This document shows, in pieces, positions 39,735-48,872 of a DNA stretch of 64,000 nt. Positions within the stretch are counted from its first letter, which is position 1, and each line of letters begins with the position of its first letter. The stretch is taken from contig OY970355.1 in the NCBI GenBank assembly GCA_963718525.1, positions 2,624,001 to 2,688,000 on the forward strand, written 5' to 3'. A model generated the notes under the pieces. It did not search any database. It was given only the letters and a program-made list of their open reading frames with translations, and was not told the origin of the DNA. Position numbers and translations under genes: made by a program. The DNA is from Candidatus Dormiibacterota bacterium. GTDB lineage: Bacteria > Chloroflexota > Dormibacteria > Aeolococcales > Aeolococcaceae.

Positions 39735-41348
39735 ATGGCGACGTTAGCGGAGCCGATCGTTCACGGGAAGCCGGTCGAATCGGAGCTCAAAACCAACACA
39801 CTCACGCTGTTCGACACCACGGTGATCGCGACATCCAGCGTGGCGCCGGCATACACGCTGGCTGCCACGATGGGGTTCCTGGTCGCGGCGGTGGGGCTCG
39901 CGTCGCCGGCAGCCATCCTCGTGGGTTTCGTTCCGGTTCTCTGCATCGCCATCGCGTACTACTACCTCAATCGTCAGGACCCGAACTGCGGCGCTTCGTA
40001 CTCGTGGGTCAGCCGGACGCTCAGCCCACACATCGGCTGGCTCTCGGGCTGGATTCAGCTCGCGGCGAACGTGCTCTTCTGCGCGGCTGCTCCGCTGGTT
40101 GCCGGCGTGTACACGCTGCAGCTCCTCAACAGTCTGTTCCCCAGCTGGATCACCGCGAACATCGCCGGCGACAATCGTTGGATCGCGTTCGTTGCCGTCC
40201 TGTGGCTGGCCCTCGTCACGTTCATGGTCGTCCGAGGCATTCGTATCACCGCGAACTTTCAGTGGATCCTCGTATTCATCGAGTACGTGATCGTGCTCGC
40301 CTTTGCGCTCTGGGCTCTCGGGAAGATCATCGGCGGTCAGCACGCCGTGACACCACTTGCGGGCTGGTGGTTCAGCCCGACCGCGCTGGGAGGGCTCAGC
40401 GGTATCGCCACCGGCTCGGCGCTCGCGGTGTTCTTCTTCTGGGGCTGGGACACGGCGGCCAACGTCAACGAGGAGTCCAAGGACGCCGACACCTCCCCGG
40501 GCCTCGCCGGCATCTACAGCATGTTCATCCTGCTGTTCATCTTTCTGCTGGCCGCCATCGCGATGCAGGCATACCTCGGGTCGGACGCGCTGACGAATTC
40601 GGCCAATCAGAACGACGTGCTCTACTTCTTTGCCCAACAGATCGCCGGGACGCCGCTCGCATATCTCATGGTGCTTGCGGTCCTCTCCTCCACCGTTGCA
40701 ACCACGCAGACGACGCTGCTCCCGTCGAGCAGGCTGACGTATTCAATGGCTCGCGATGGCGTCTTCCCACACTGGTTCAGCACCGTTCATCCCGCGTGGC
40801 GGACTCCCTGGGTCGGCACGATCATCTCGTCCGTGCTCGCCTTTGTCGTCATCATCCTGGATGTCGTCCTCTCGACGACCGTCGTGGGTGGGATCTTCTC
40901 GAGCCTGATCCTCGACATCGGCGTTCTGGTCGCGCTGTATTACGGAATCACGGGTATCGCCTGCACGTGGGCGTTCCGCAAAGTGCTCCTGACGAGCATC
41001 ACCCGCTTCGTGTTCGCCGGGATACTGCCATTCCTCGGCGGCCTCTTCCTGTTGTTCATCGCCTACGCTGTGGTTGCTCCGAATACGCTCCCATTTGGCC
41101 AGTCGCCGGACTGGGCAACCAGCCTGCCGATCCTGATCACGGTCGGCGTCGGCGTGCCGCTGCTCGTCCTCGCCATGGCTTCGAATAGCACCGGTTTCTT
41201 CCGCGAGAAGACCGTGTCGTACGTATTGATCAAGGATCAGCTCATGGCGTCGATTGGCGGCGCGCGGCCCGTGGAGCTGGCGGTTGCCGCCGTCGGCGTT
41301 GGCCCGGCGGTCGACCCCGCTGATCAGAGCCGATCGAGCAACCCGTAG
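39735..41348 (+). CDS. APC-family amino acid/polyamine permease
   Basis: SVAPAY, FWGWDT, EES, SR..YSMARDG; about 12 TM; SD GAGGAGG. Confidence 0.92.
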   Translation: MATLAEPIVHGKPVESELKTNTLTLFDTTVIATSSVAPAYTLAATMGFLVAAVGLASPAAILVGFVPVLCIAIAYYYLNRQDPNCGASYSWVSRTLSPHIGWLSGWIQLAANVLFCAAAPLVAGVYTLQLLNSLFPSWITANIAGDNRWIAFVAVLWLALVTFMVVRGIRITANFQWILVFIEYVIVLAFALWALGKIIGGQHAVTPLAGWWFSPTALGGLSGIATGSALAVFFFWGWDTAANVNEESKDADTSPGLAGIYSMFILLFIFLLAAIAMQAYLGSDALTNSANQNDVLYFFAQQIAGTPLAYLMVLAVLSSTVATTQTTLLPSSRLTYSMARDGVFPHWFSTVHPAWRTPWVGTIISSVLAFVVIILDVVLSTTVVGGIFSSLILDIGVLVALYYGITGIACTWAFRKVLLTSITRFVFAGILPFLGGLFLLFIAYAVVAPNTLPFGQSPDWATSLPILITVGVGVPLLVLAMASNSTGFFREKTVSYVLIKDQLMASIGGARPVELAVAAVGVGPAVDPADQSRSSNP

Positions 41349-42637
41349 TACACGCCGACGAGTGGCAGAAACCAGGGGCGCCCCCGGTACAACGGGATCC
41401 GCGGAAAGCGGAGATCCGAGAAGGCCGGCTGGGCACCTCTGGCGATCCACTCGGCTGCGAGCGTCCCCATCCAGCTGCCCAGCGCGACCCCGCTCCCGCA
41501 GTAGCCCATCGCATAGGTGATGCCGTTCGAGCGGGTGAGGTGGGGCAGCTGGTCGAACGTGAATCCGACATTTCCGGTCCAGGCGTGGGTGACGGGAACC
41601 CCTGCGAGCTGCGGGTAGATGTCGATCATCGCCGCATAGAGGCGGTCGCGGGCGGTCTGCACGGTGACCGGGACAAAGCTGGTGCGGCCACCGAACAAAA
41701 GCCGACCATCGTGCGACAGCCGCCAGTAGTGCAGGAAGTTTCGGGTATCGCTCATCATCCGGCGTTGCGGACTCACGTCGGCGGCGCGCGCGTCACCGAG
41801 CGGCTCGGTGGCGATGATATAGCTGCCAATCGGGATGATCCGGCGCCGCGCCCACGGCGCCGCGTCATCCGTGTAGCCATTGGTCGCGACGAGGACGTCC
41901 CCGGCCGTGATATCGCCGCGCGTGGTGAGGACTCGCGATCCGCTGCCCGTCGATTCGGTCGAGATCACCCGGGTGTGCTGATGCACGGACGCGCCATTGG
42001 CAAGCGCGAGGCGTGCGAGGCCCGCCAGGTACCGGGCGGGATGAATGCTCGCCCCATCGTCGGTGAGCATCCCGCCGGAGAAGCCGCGGCAGGGTGCCTC
42101 ACTTTCGAGAGCGGCTTCCTCGAGCATCACGGTCGATTCGCCGAGCCGCTGCCGGCGCTCGGCTTCGTCCTTCCGCAACGCCTGCATCCTCGACTTCCGG
42201 TGCGCGAGGTGCAGCCACCCGGACTGCGTGAACATGGCATCCGGCGCGGCCGCGGCGGCGGTTTTGGCGACAAATGCATAGGCGTCCACGCTGGCGTCAT
42301 GAAGGGCGCGACCGGCATCCCCGTACTTGCGCTCGAGAAAGTCGAGGTCACGCCGCACTCCGGCGTGGACCATCCCCGCGTTGCGTCCGCTCGCTCCCTC
42401 CCCGAGTGCGCCGGAGTCGACCACCACAACGTGCTTGCCATGCGAAGCGAGCCGTGCAGCCGCGGCAAGCCCGGTGAAACCAGCACCGACGACGACGACA
42501 TCGGCGGTTGCGGGAAGCGGCGATTCGCCGAGTGTGGGAAACGCGGTGTCGTCCCACCAGAGCGGGGTCTCGCGATAGTTCTCGGCGAGCGGCGCGGTCC
42601 GCTTGCCAGGCGGACCGGGGGGCGACCAGAGGCTCAT
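41324..42637 (-). CDS. FAD-dependent oxidoreductase (DAO family, PuuB-like)
   Basis: GAGFTG, GASGRNAG, ATNGY, MGYCGSG. Confidence 0.88.
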   Translation of the reverse strand: MSLWSPPGPPGKRTAPLAENYRETPLWWDDTAFPTLGESPLPATADVVVVGAGFTGLAAAARLASHGKHVVVVDSGALGEGASGRNAGMVHAGVRRDLDFLERKYGDAGRALHDASVDAYAFVAKTAAAAAPDAMFTQSGWLHLAHRKSRMQALRKDEAERRQRLGESTVMLEEAALESEAPCRGFSGGMLTDDGASIHPARYLAGLARLALANGASVHQHTRVISTESTGSGSRVLTTRGDITAGDVLVATNGYTDDAAPWARRRIIPIGSYIIATEPLGDARAADVSPQRRMMSDTRNFLHYWRLSHDGRLLFGGRTSFVPVTVQTARDRLYAAMIDIYPQLAGVPVTHAWTGNVGFTFDQLPHLTRSNGITYAMGYCGSGVALGSWMGTLAAEWIARGAQPAFSDLRFPRIPLYRGRPWFLPLVGVYYGLLDRL

Positions 42638-42718
42638 AATCTACTCAACAGTGACAAGTTCGACTGGGTCGGACAGCGTACCTGCTGCCCGCCTCGTGTC
42701 GTGTCGAGGAGTGTCCAC

Positions 42719-43495
42719 GTGGACGACATCCGCATCGGCGAGGTGGCCCGGCGAGTTGGCGTGAGCCCGTCGACGCTGCGGGCGTGGGAGCGCAAAGGGC
42801 TGATCCGACCGATGCGCGCGGGTGGGCGTCACCGCCGGTACTCGTCCGAGGACATCACCCGGCTCCGTGATGTTCACGCCCTGCTCACGCGCGGGTTCGC
42901 GCCGCCGGCACTGCAGTCGCTGATCGCCGGCGAAACCGTGCCCGAGGATCCCGCCGTGGGCAAGCGGCTGCGCGCAGCACGCACCAAACGCAGCCTCTCG
43001 CTGCGGAGCGCGTCGGAACGAGCCGGCATCTCTGCGTCGTATCTGAGTCTCGTGGAGCGCGGGCTCGCCGAACCGTCGGTATCCCTCCTCCAGCGAGTTG
43101 CGTCGGCGTACGGCGGCACGCTGCTCGAATTCTTCGGCGCGGCCTCGGCTGGAGCTGCGGGACCGAAGCTGGTGCGCAGCACCGAGCGGCGCAGGCTGCG
43201 CGGTTTCGACCGCGTGGAGATCGAGGACCTCGTCACGTTTCCCAATGCCGTGCTGGAGATAGACATCTTCAGTGTTGCGCCCGGAGGTGGCAGTGGCGGC
43301 GCGTATTCCCACGACGGCGAGGAGGCGATCTACGTGCTCAGCGGCGAGCTCGACGTCTGGCTCGACGAAGCCGAGCACTATCACGTCGAGGCAGGCGACA
43401 CGTTGTATTTCCGCAGCCCGCAGCAGCATCGCTGGATGAATCAATCCAGCACGACGACCCGGCTGTTCTGGGTCAACACACCGCCAACCTTCTGA
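42719..43495 (+). CDS. Transcriptional regulator with MerR-HTH + XRE-HTH + cupin domains
   Basis: IGEVARRVGVSPSTLRAWE; GKRLRAAR...SASYLSLVERG; HDGEE...H cupin; SD GAGGAG before GTG. Confidence 0.88.
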   Translation: MDDIRIGEVARRVGVSPSTLRAWERKGLIRPMRAGGRHRRYSSEDITRLRDVHALLTRGFAPPALQSLIAGETVPEDPAVGKRLRAARTKRSLSLRSASERAGISASYLSLVERGLAEPSVSLLQRVASAYGGTLLEFFGAASAGAAGPKLVRSTERRRLRGFDRVEIEDLVTFPNAVLEIDIFSVAPGGGSGGAYSHDGEEAIYVLSGELDVWLDEAEHYHVEAGDTLYFRSPQQHRWMNQSSTTTRLFWVNTPPTF

Positions 43496-43510
43496 GAGGA
43501 GCGCGCCCCC

Positions 43511-44800
43511 ATGGACACGGTCGAGAAGTACCGCCGCTACATCAACACCAGCGCGTTCGCCGGAATGGAGCCGATCACCGTCGAGCGCGCTCGCGGGGCG
43601 ACCGTGACCGCCGCCGACGGCACCGAATACACCGACCTCTACTCCGGCATCGGTGTGGTCAACGCGGGTCACGTGCCGCCGAAGGTCGCGGAAGCCGCCA
43701 AGCGGCAGATCGACAAGGTCGTGCACTCCTGCTCGTATGTCTATCACGTTCCGGTCGTCGCGGACCTCGCCGAGCGCCTCGCGGAAGTGACCCCGGGCCG
43801 TCTCCAGAAGACGTTCTTCGGCAACAGTGGCGCCGAGGCAGTCGAAGGCGCGCTCCGCCTCGCTCGAGCTTTCACCGGCCACCGCGAGATCATCGCGTTG
43901 CGGAGCTCGTTCCACGGGAGAACCGCGGGTGCTCTTGCCGTCACCGGCAACGCGCTGCGCAAGCGCCGGGGCGGCGCTCAGATCGCGGGGATCGCCTTCG
44001 CGCCGACCCCGAATCCATATCGCTGCCGCATGTGCTCGGGTTCATGCTCGCTCGCCTGCGCCGATGCGGTGGACGACGTCATTCGCTACGACACCAGCGA
44101 CGATGTGGCCGCGTTCATCATCGAGCCGATCATCGGCGAGGGCGGCATCGTCCCGCTGCCCGGCGGATATCTCCGCCGCGTCAAGGACATCCTCGATGCG
44201 CGCGGGATCCTGCTCATCGTCGATGAGGTGCAGAGCGGGTTCGGGCGAAGCGGCAGGATGTTCGCGGTCGAGGGATACGACGTCGAGCCCGACATCATGA
44301 CGATGGCCAAGGGCATCGCCAGCGGCTTCCCGCTCGGGGCGTTCATCGCCCGCGAGGAGATTGCCGATGCGTTCGAGCCCGGTGATCATATGAGCACGTT
44401 CGGGGGCAATCCAGTGTCGTGCGCCGCCGGCCTCGCCACCATCGACATGCTCATCGAGGATCGCCTCCCCGAGCGCGCGGCGCGGGTCGGCAGCATGGTG
44501 ATGGCCCGCCTCGATGCATTTGCCGTGGAGTTGGAACTGGTCGGCGATGTGCGCGGCAGCGGGTTGATGATCGGCGTCGAACTGGTTCGCGACCGCGTGA
44601 CCAAAGAGCCGGCCGTGACCGAGGCCGCGGCGGTCAAACGGCATTGTCGAGAACGCGGCGTCCTCATCGGAGTCGGGGGGTCGCACGGCAACGTCGTGCG
44701 GATTCAGCCGCCGCTCGTGATTGCGGAAGAGGAGCTCGACCGGGCGATCGGCGTGATCGAGGAAGCCGTCACGAGCCTGGCGGCGCAACCTGTCGGGTGA
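43511..44800 (+). CDS. Class III aminotransferase (4-aminobutyrate/diamine aminotransferase-like)
   Basis: SGAEAVE, FHGRT, DEVQSGFGR, MAKG, STFGGNP. Confidence 0.9.
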   Translation: MDTVEKYRRYINTSAFAGMEPITVERARGATVTAADGTEYTDLYSGIGVVNAGHVPPKVAEAAKRQIDKVVHSCSYVYHVPVVADLAERLAEVTPGRLQKTFFGNSGAEAVEGALRLARAFTGHREIIALRSSFHGRTAGALAVTGNALRKRRGGAQIAGIAFAPTPNPYRCRMCSGSCSLACADAVDDVIRYDTSDDVAAFIIEPIIGEGGIVPLPGGYLRRVKDILDARGILLIVDEVQSGFGRSGRMFAVEGYDVEPDIMTMAKGIASGFPLGAFIAREEIADAFEPGDHMSTFGGNPVSCAAGLATIDMLIEDRLPERAARVGSMVMARLDAFAVELELVGDVRGSGLMIGVELVRDRVTKEPAVTEAAAVKRHCRERGVLIGVGGSHGNVVRIQPPLVIAEEELDRAIGVIEEAVTSLAAQPVG

Positions 44801-44854
44801 GCTTCGGCGCCCTGGCAGGCGTCATGCAGGGTGAAGGTATCGGGAGGTAGCGAT

Positions 44855-45274
44855 GTGGACTGGAAGCTCGAACTCATCGTCGTCCCCGTGTCGGATGTGG
44901 ACCGCGCGAAAGCGTTCTACATGGACCAGGCGGGCTTCGGGTTGGTCGTGGATCACAGCGCCGGTGAAGATTTTCGAGTCGTCCAGTTGACGCCGCCGGG
45001 CTCTGCGTGCTCGATTGCACTCATGAAAAACACGGGAGCGGCGGGGAGCCTACAAGGACTGCACCTGATCGTCTCCGACCTCGACGCGGCGCGCGCGGAA
45101 CTCAAGGCGCGAGGGCTCGACACCACGGAACCCTTCCATTTCGACTTCCATACCGGTGCACAGCTCCCGGGCACCGATCCCAACCGCTCCGACTACAACT
45201 CCTTTCTGGCATTCAGCGATCCGGATGGCAACCAATGGATGGTCCAGGAGGTCGGTCGAGCGACGCCTCGATAG
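44855..45274 (+). CDS. VOC/glyoxalase family protein
   Basis: PVSDVDRAKAFY, VQLTPPGS, FSDPDGN; SD GGAGGT. Confidence 0.9.
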   Translation: MDWKLELIVVPVSDVDRAKAFYMDQAGFGLVVDHSAGEDFRVVQLTPPGSACSIALMKNTGAAGSLQGLHLIVSDLDAARAELKARGLDTTEPFHFDFHTGAQLPGTDPNRSDYNSFLAFSDPDGNQWMVQEVGRATPR

Positions 45275-46043
45275 CCCGAACGTCGCCGTCGTCGTCGGTG
45301 AGGATGTCGCGGACGGCGTAGCCGAGGCGAGCCAGGTCGTCCGCCAGGAGCTCGGCCTGGTCACCTCCGAGCTCGAGCAGGACCACTCCGCCGCGGCGAA
45401 GAAACGGCCGGGCCTCGTGGAGCACGCGCCGGAGGATGTCGGTGCCGTCCGGACCGCCGTCGTACGACATTGGCGTCTCGAACGTGAACGTGTCTCGCTG
45501 AAGGAGAGGCAGCTCGGGGGTGGGCACATACGGAACAACCCCCACGACCAGGTCGGTGCGGCCTACGAGCTCCGCAGGCAGCGGCGCGAAAAGATCGCCC
45601 TGATACACATCGACGCCGTTCGCACGCGCACATGCGACGGCACGCTCGTCGATTTCGGACGCAGCGACACGGGCGCCGGGGCGGTGCGCGCTGAGGACCG
45701 TCGCGATTGCACCGGATCCTGTGCAGAGGTCGATGGCCACCCCGTCATACGGCAGCCGTTCGACGGCCCGTCGTGCCAGCGGCTCGCTGAGCCATCGGGG
45801 GACGTACACGTTCGGATCAACTCGAACGCCCACCCCACAGAACGTGACCTTGCCGACAATCCATGCCAAGGGCTCGCCGGTGAGCCGGCGTCGAACTGCC
45901 GCATCGAGGAGTTCGAGATCACCGCCGGCATAGTCGAGCAGCTCGCGCGACTCCTCTTCGGCCGCGATGAAGCCCTCGCGAGCCAGCAGTGTGCTGAGCG
46001 CCCCCGGGTCGTGCCCGATCCCTCGGTCAGGGAAGCTTGAAAT
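45213..46043 (-). CDS. HemK/PrmC-like putative protein N5-glutamine methyltransferase (start uncertain)
   Basis: RRLTGEPL.WIVG, VYVPR, DLCTGSG, PYVP, DGG.DG. Confidence 0.8.
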   Translation of the reverse strand: MSSFPDRGIGHDPGALSTLLAREGFIAAEEESRELLDYAGGDLELLDAAVRRRLTGEPLAWIVGKVTFCGVGVRVDPNVYVPRWLSEPLARRAVERLPYDGVAIDLCTGSGAIATVLSAHRPGARVAASEIDERAVACARANGVDVYQGDLFAPLPAELVGRTDLVVGVVPYVPTPELPLLQRDTFTFETPMSYDGGPDGTDILRRVLHEARPFLRRGGVVLLELGGDQAELLADDLARLGYAVRDILTDDDGDVRAIEASLDRPPGPSIGCHPDR

Positions 46044-46069
46044 GTCGGTTCTCGATGACGCCCAGGGGG

Positions 46070-46180
46070 TCAGCAGCAGGCGTCCGGCGGACTCGCGATC
46101 GCGATGATGCCGCCGATGACCAGGAAGCCGAGCGCGATCAGCAGCAGGGCGGCGATCACCAGCTTCGTCTTCGTGTCCAT
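46070..46180 (-). CDS. 36-aa single-TM microprotein ending in CC
   Basis: MDTKTKLVIAALLLIALGFLVIGGIIAIASPPDACC. Confidence 0.5.
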   Translation of the reverse strand: MDTKTKLVIAALLLIALGFLVIGGIIAIASPPDACC

Positions 46181-46364
46181 GAGCCAACGCATGATGCACA
46201 AAGTTGTCGGGCATCGGCTGAGGAGCGCCTCCCCGTGTGCTCGGTGACCCGAAAGAATCGCGGCCCGGCCGGGGTCGGCCTCTGCGTTCTCAGGCTTGAC
46301 CTGCGTGACGCGGCGGTGCGATTTGATCAAGCACCGCGGGGTCCATTAGCCCGACGGACCCACC

Positions 46365-46598
46365 TCACGGACCACCGGATCCGGAGCGCGAGGCCCGAGC
46401 ATACCGCTGCGGCTCTGCCTTTGTGGTGTGGCGCGGCGAAAGATCGGCTCGGACGAGATGGTGCCGGCACTGGAGGCACTTGAAGATGGGGGCGTCGGAA
46501 GGGTGCGGCCAGCCGCCGCGAAGCCGGTCATCGCGACGAGCGGGAGTGAATGTCAGCGGGATCAGACGATCCGTACCGCATCTACCGCAAAGGATCAA
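46365..46598 (-). CDS. Small zinc-ribbon protein
   Basis: CGRC...CLQC; similar to 46879..47073. Confidence 0.6.
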   Translation of the reverse strand: MILCGRCGTDRLIPLTFTPARRDDRLRGGWPHPSDAPIFKCLQCRHHLVRADLSPRHTTKAEPQRYARASRSGSGGP

Positions 46599-46740
46599 CG
46601 CCGCGGGATTGTTCCACGCTGTCTAGGGACGGTGTGTTCGCAAGCGGACCTTGTCGTGGTGCTCCGTCGAAGGTGCCGTCGCATCCGCGAGCCCAGCGCG
46701 CAACGCTGCTGTCCGCCAAGCCCCAGATTTCGTACGCTGC

Positions 46741-46835
46741 AGGGCAGACGCGCAACCGCTTCTGCCCTCACGCTAAAGGACAGGGTCGGCGTCCTGCGCT
46801 TTGCTCCACCAAAGCACGCCGACCCTCTCTCTTTT
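46741..46835 (+). ncRNA. Candidate small RNA or attenuator with two hairpins and a terminator-like end
   Basis: AGGGCAGA/TCTGCCCT stem; AGGGTCGGCGT/ACGCCGACCCT + GCTTTG/CAAAGC stem followed by CTCTCTTTT; TACGCT upstream. Confidence 0.4.
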
Positions 46836-46878
46836 CGACCACGTCCGGACTGATCGATCTGCCAGTATTGCGAGCGCG

Positions 46879-47073
46879 ATGGTCTGCCCCGGTTGCGGAG
46901 CCGACAGGCTCAAGCCGCTCAGCTTCCCTATTTATCGGCGTGAGGCCGGCGACCCAATGCATCCCGAGGTACGACTGACCCGACCTGTCGCCAGGTGCGC
47001 TGCATGCGGACAGCGGATCTTTGCGCGCATCGTTGCCCGGTCGCGGCTGCCGATCGACATCGAGTTCGACTGA
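46879..47073 (+). CDS. Small zinc-ribbon protein
   Basis: CPGC...CAAC; similar to 46365..46598. Confidence 0.62.
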   Translation: MVCPGCGADRLKPLSFPIYRREAGDPMHPEVRLTRPVARCAACGQRIFARIVARSRLPIDIEFD

Positions 47074-47197
47074 GCGTCCCCCCGCTCACCGAGGTGGTCT
47101 CCACGCGCGGCGGACGCATGTCGCCGACCAGATATTGCTTCGGCGGCTTCGCTATACTCGCCCGTCTCTGGGCAGGGATTTCAAGGAGGCGGAGGCT

Positions 47198-47677
47198 ATG
47201 GAGCAGCAAATGATCACCCGCCGTAAGGCCTTTGGCATCGCGGGAGCGGCCGCGGGTGCGCTGGGTGCAACCGCCGCGCTGAGCGGGGTGCGCGGTGTGC
47301 AAGCCGCGTCGGGCGCGGTAGGCGATCCAGTTGCCGGGACCTGGGATCTCATGGTCACAGCTGCCGTCAGCGGTCAGTTCACGTCGCTCGTGGTTTTCGC
47401 CCCCGGGGGCACGCTCGTCACGACCGACAGTCAGGCACAGGGCGACGTGTCTGTCGGAGTTTGGGAGCGGGACCGCGAGGGGTTCCGGGCAGTCTTCCAA
47501 AGCTTCGCCTTCGACCCTAGTGGGACATTCGTTGGCACGGCAATCATTCGCCCGAAAGGCACAGTCGACGGCGACCGTACGCACGGCACCTTCACCGTCG
47601 ATTTCCGGCCGCCGTCCGGGCCCACGCAGCACGGCATCGACCACGGCACCTTCACCGGCTCGCGACTCGAGCCCTGA
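47198..47677 (+). CDS. Tat-exported beta-rich hypothetical protein
   Basis: SD GGAGG; TRRKAF signal; GTW and GVW beta-barrel-like motifs. Confidence 0.75.
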   Translation: MEQQMITRRKAFGIAGAAAGALGATAALSGVRGVQAASGAVGDPVAGTWDLMVTAAVSGQFTSLVVFAPGGTLVTTDSQAQGDVSVGVWERDREGFRAVFQSFAFDPSGTFVGTAIIRPKGTVDGDRTHGTFTVDFRPPSGPTQHGIDHGTFTGSRLEP

Positions 47678-47771
47678 GGGCTCACCTCCCAGGCTCGATC
47701 CATGCGACGCGCAGCGCGCGCGTCGCAGTACCGCGCGGGACGCCCCCTCGCGGCGCCGCTGAGAAATCGAG

Positions 47772-47856
47772 TACCGGGCCCGGGAATTGAACCCGGACGA
47801 GGGTTTCCCCCCAGCGGTTTTTAAGACCGCCGCGTCTGCCATTTCGCCAGCCCGGC
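47772..47856 (-). tRNA. tRNA-Leu(TAA)
   Basis: GCCGGGC acceptor, GCGGT-CTTAAAA-ACCGC anticodon arm, long variable arm, GTTCAATTC T-loop. Confidence 0.95.
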
Positions 47857-47944
47857 ACGCGGATTCTATGGGTCGGCGTGCCCGCATACCCGGCGCAGCA
47901 CCGTCCGGGCGCTGGCTCGGGGCCGGCCGTATACTCCGGAGCAG

Positions 47945-48493
47945 ATGTTCGGTCGACGACCCGATGCCACCTACCGTCGGAGTCAGAGTGCGACAGGGCT
48001 GCCAGTGCAGCCCAGCCCGGTCGCCAGAGGGCTCGCGCTCCGTATCCTCGACGCCACCGAGGACCCCGTTGAGCGCAAGCGGTTCGGTCAGCTTCTGCTC
48101 GATGAGCTCGATGCTCTCGCGCGACTCCCTCACTGCGATCTGGTCGTCGCAGACCGAGCGCAGGTGCATTCGCACAACGGCCAGCGGTTGCAGAGCAAGA
48201 CATACGGTTACTACCGCTGCACGTTCAGCGAGGGCGAGGTGAAGACGGCTCGCATCCGCATCTATCACAGGACCGCTGTACGTCAGCAGGTGATCACGAC
48301 AAAGGTCTTCCTCAACACGCTGCTGCATGAGTGGGAGCACCACCACGACTTCGCCGGGCTCCATCTCCCCCGCTCACCGCATACGGCGGGGTTCTACGCG
48401 CGCTTGCGAGCGCTCGCCAATGCGCTGGAGGTGTCCTTCGTCATGCCCCCGGAACCTGGCGCAACAGGCAGCACGCAGACGTCAGCGGCCTGA
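47945..48493 (+). CDS. SprT-like HExxH zinc metalloprotein
   Basis: TLLHEWEHH...HT.GF; TATACT 9 nt upstream. Confidence 0.8.
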   Translation: MFGRRPDATYRRSQSATGLPVQPSPVARGLALRILDATEDPVERKRFGQLLLDELDALARLPHCDLVVADRAQVHSHNGQRLQSKTYGYYRCTFSEGEVKTARIRIYHRTAVRQQVITTKVFLNTLLHEWEHHHDFAGLHLPRSPHTAGFYARLRALANALEVSFVMPPEPGATGSTQTSAA

Positions 48494-48525
48494 CCGGACA
48501 TCGCCTCCGCGTCCGACAACCGCGA

Positions 48526-48687
48526 TTACGGCGCTACCAACCCCTGGCTCACGCCGTTGAAAAGGTGTGCGACTGCATGACCGCCAACCTGCACGATGAT
48601 GACGGCCACGGCGATCGCGACCACGATGAACCCATACGTCGCCAGCGCTTGTAACCGCTGCCGCCGACGGCGAATATCGACCGACAT
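48526..48687 (-). CDS. Flp-pilin-like small membrane protein (atypical)
   Basis: Basic leader then YGFIVVAIAVAVII...G..V..LF..VS.GL pattern. Confidence 0.55.
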   Translation of the reverse strand: MSVDIRRRRQRLQALATYGFIVVAIAVAVIIVQVGGHAVAHLFNGVSQGLVAP

Positions 48688-48872
48688 CGTCAACCCCCAC
48701 CCGAACCAATCCCCTTCCGGCGCCCAGCGCCACGTTCTCTCAGTATTGTCGATCGCGGCAAAAGGTGCAAGCGCCAAGATGGCGCCGGCAGCGCGGGAGA
48801 CGAGCACGACCGACAAGGACTTCCTCCGTCATGGCACTCTTGGCGCATCCGGCTGGGGGAAGAGCGCTCCAA

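Noticed and set aside
44855-47771. Possible genomic island integrated at the tRNA-Leu 3' end
   Set aside because: No integrase and no duplicated tRNA 3' end (att site) found by eye; only a patch of small accessory genes
47772-47856. bldA-like TTA-codon regulation
   Set aside because: tRNA-Leu(TAA) and a few TTA codons (e.g. codon 4 of the APC permease) are present, but nothing in the sequence supports regulatory use
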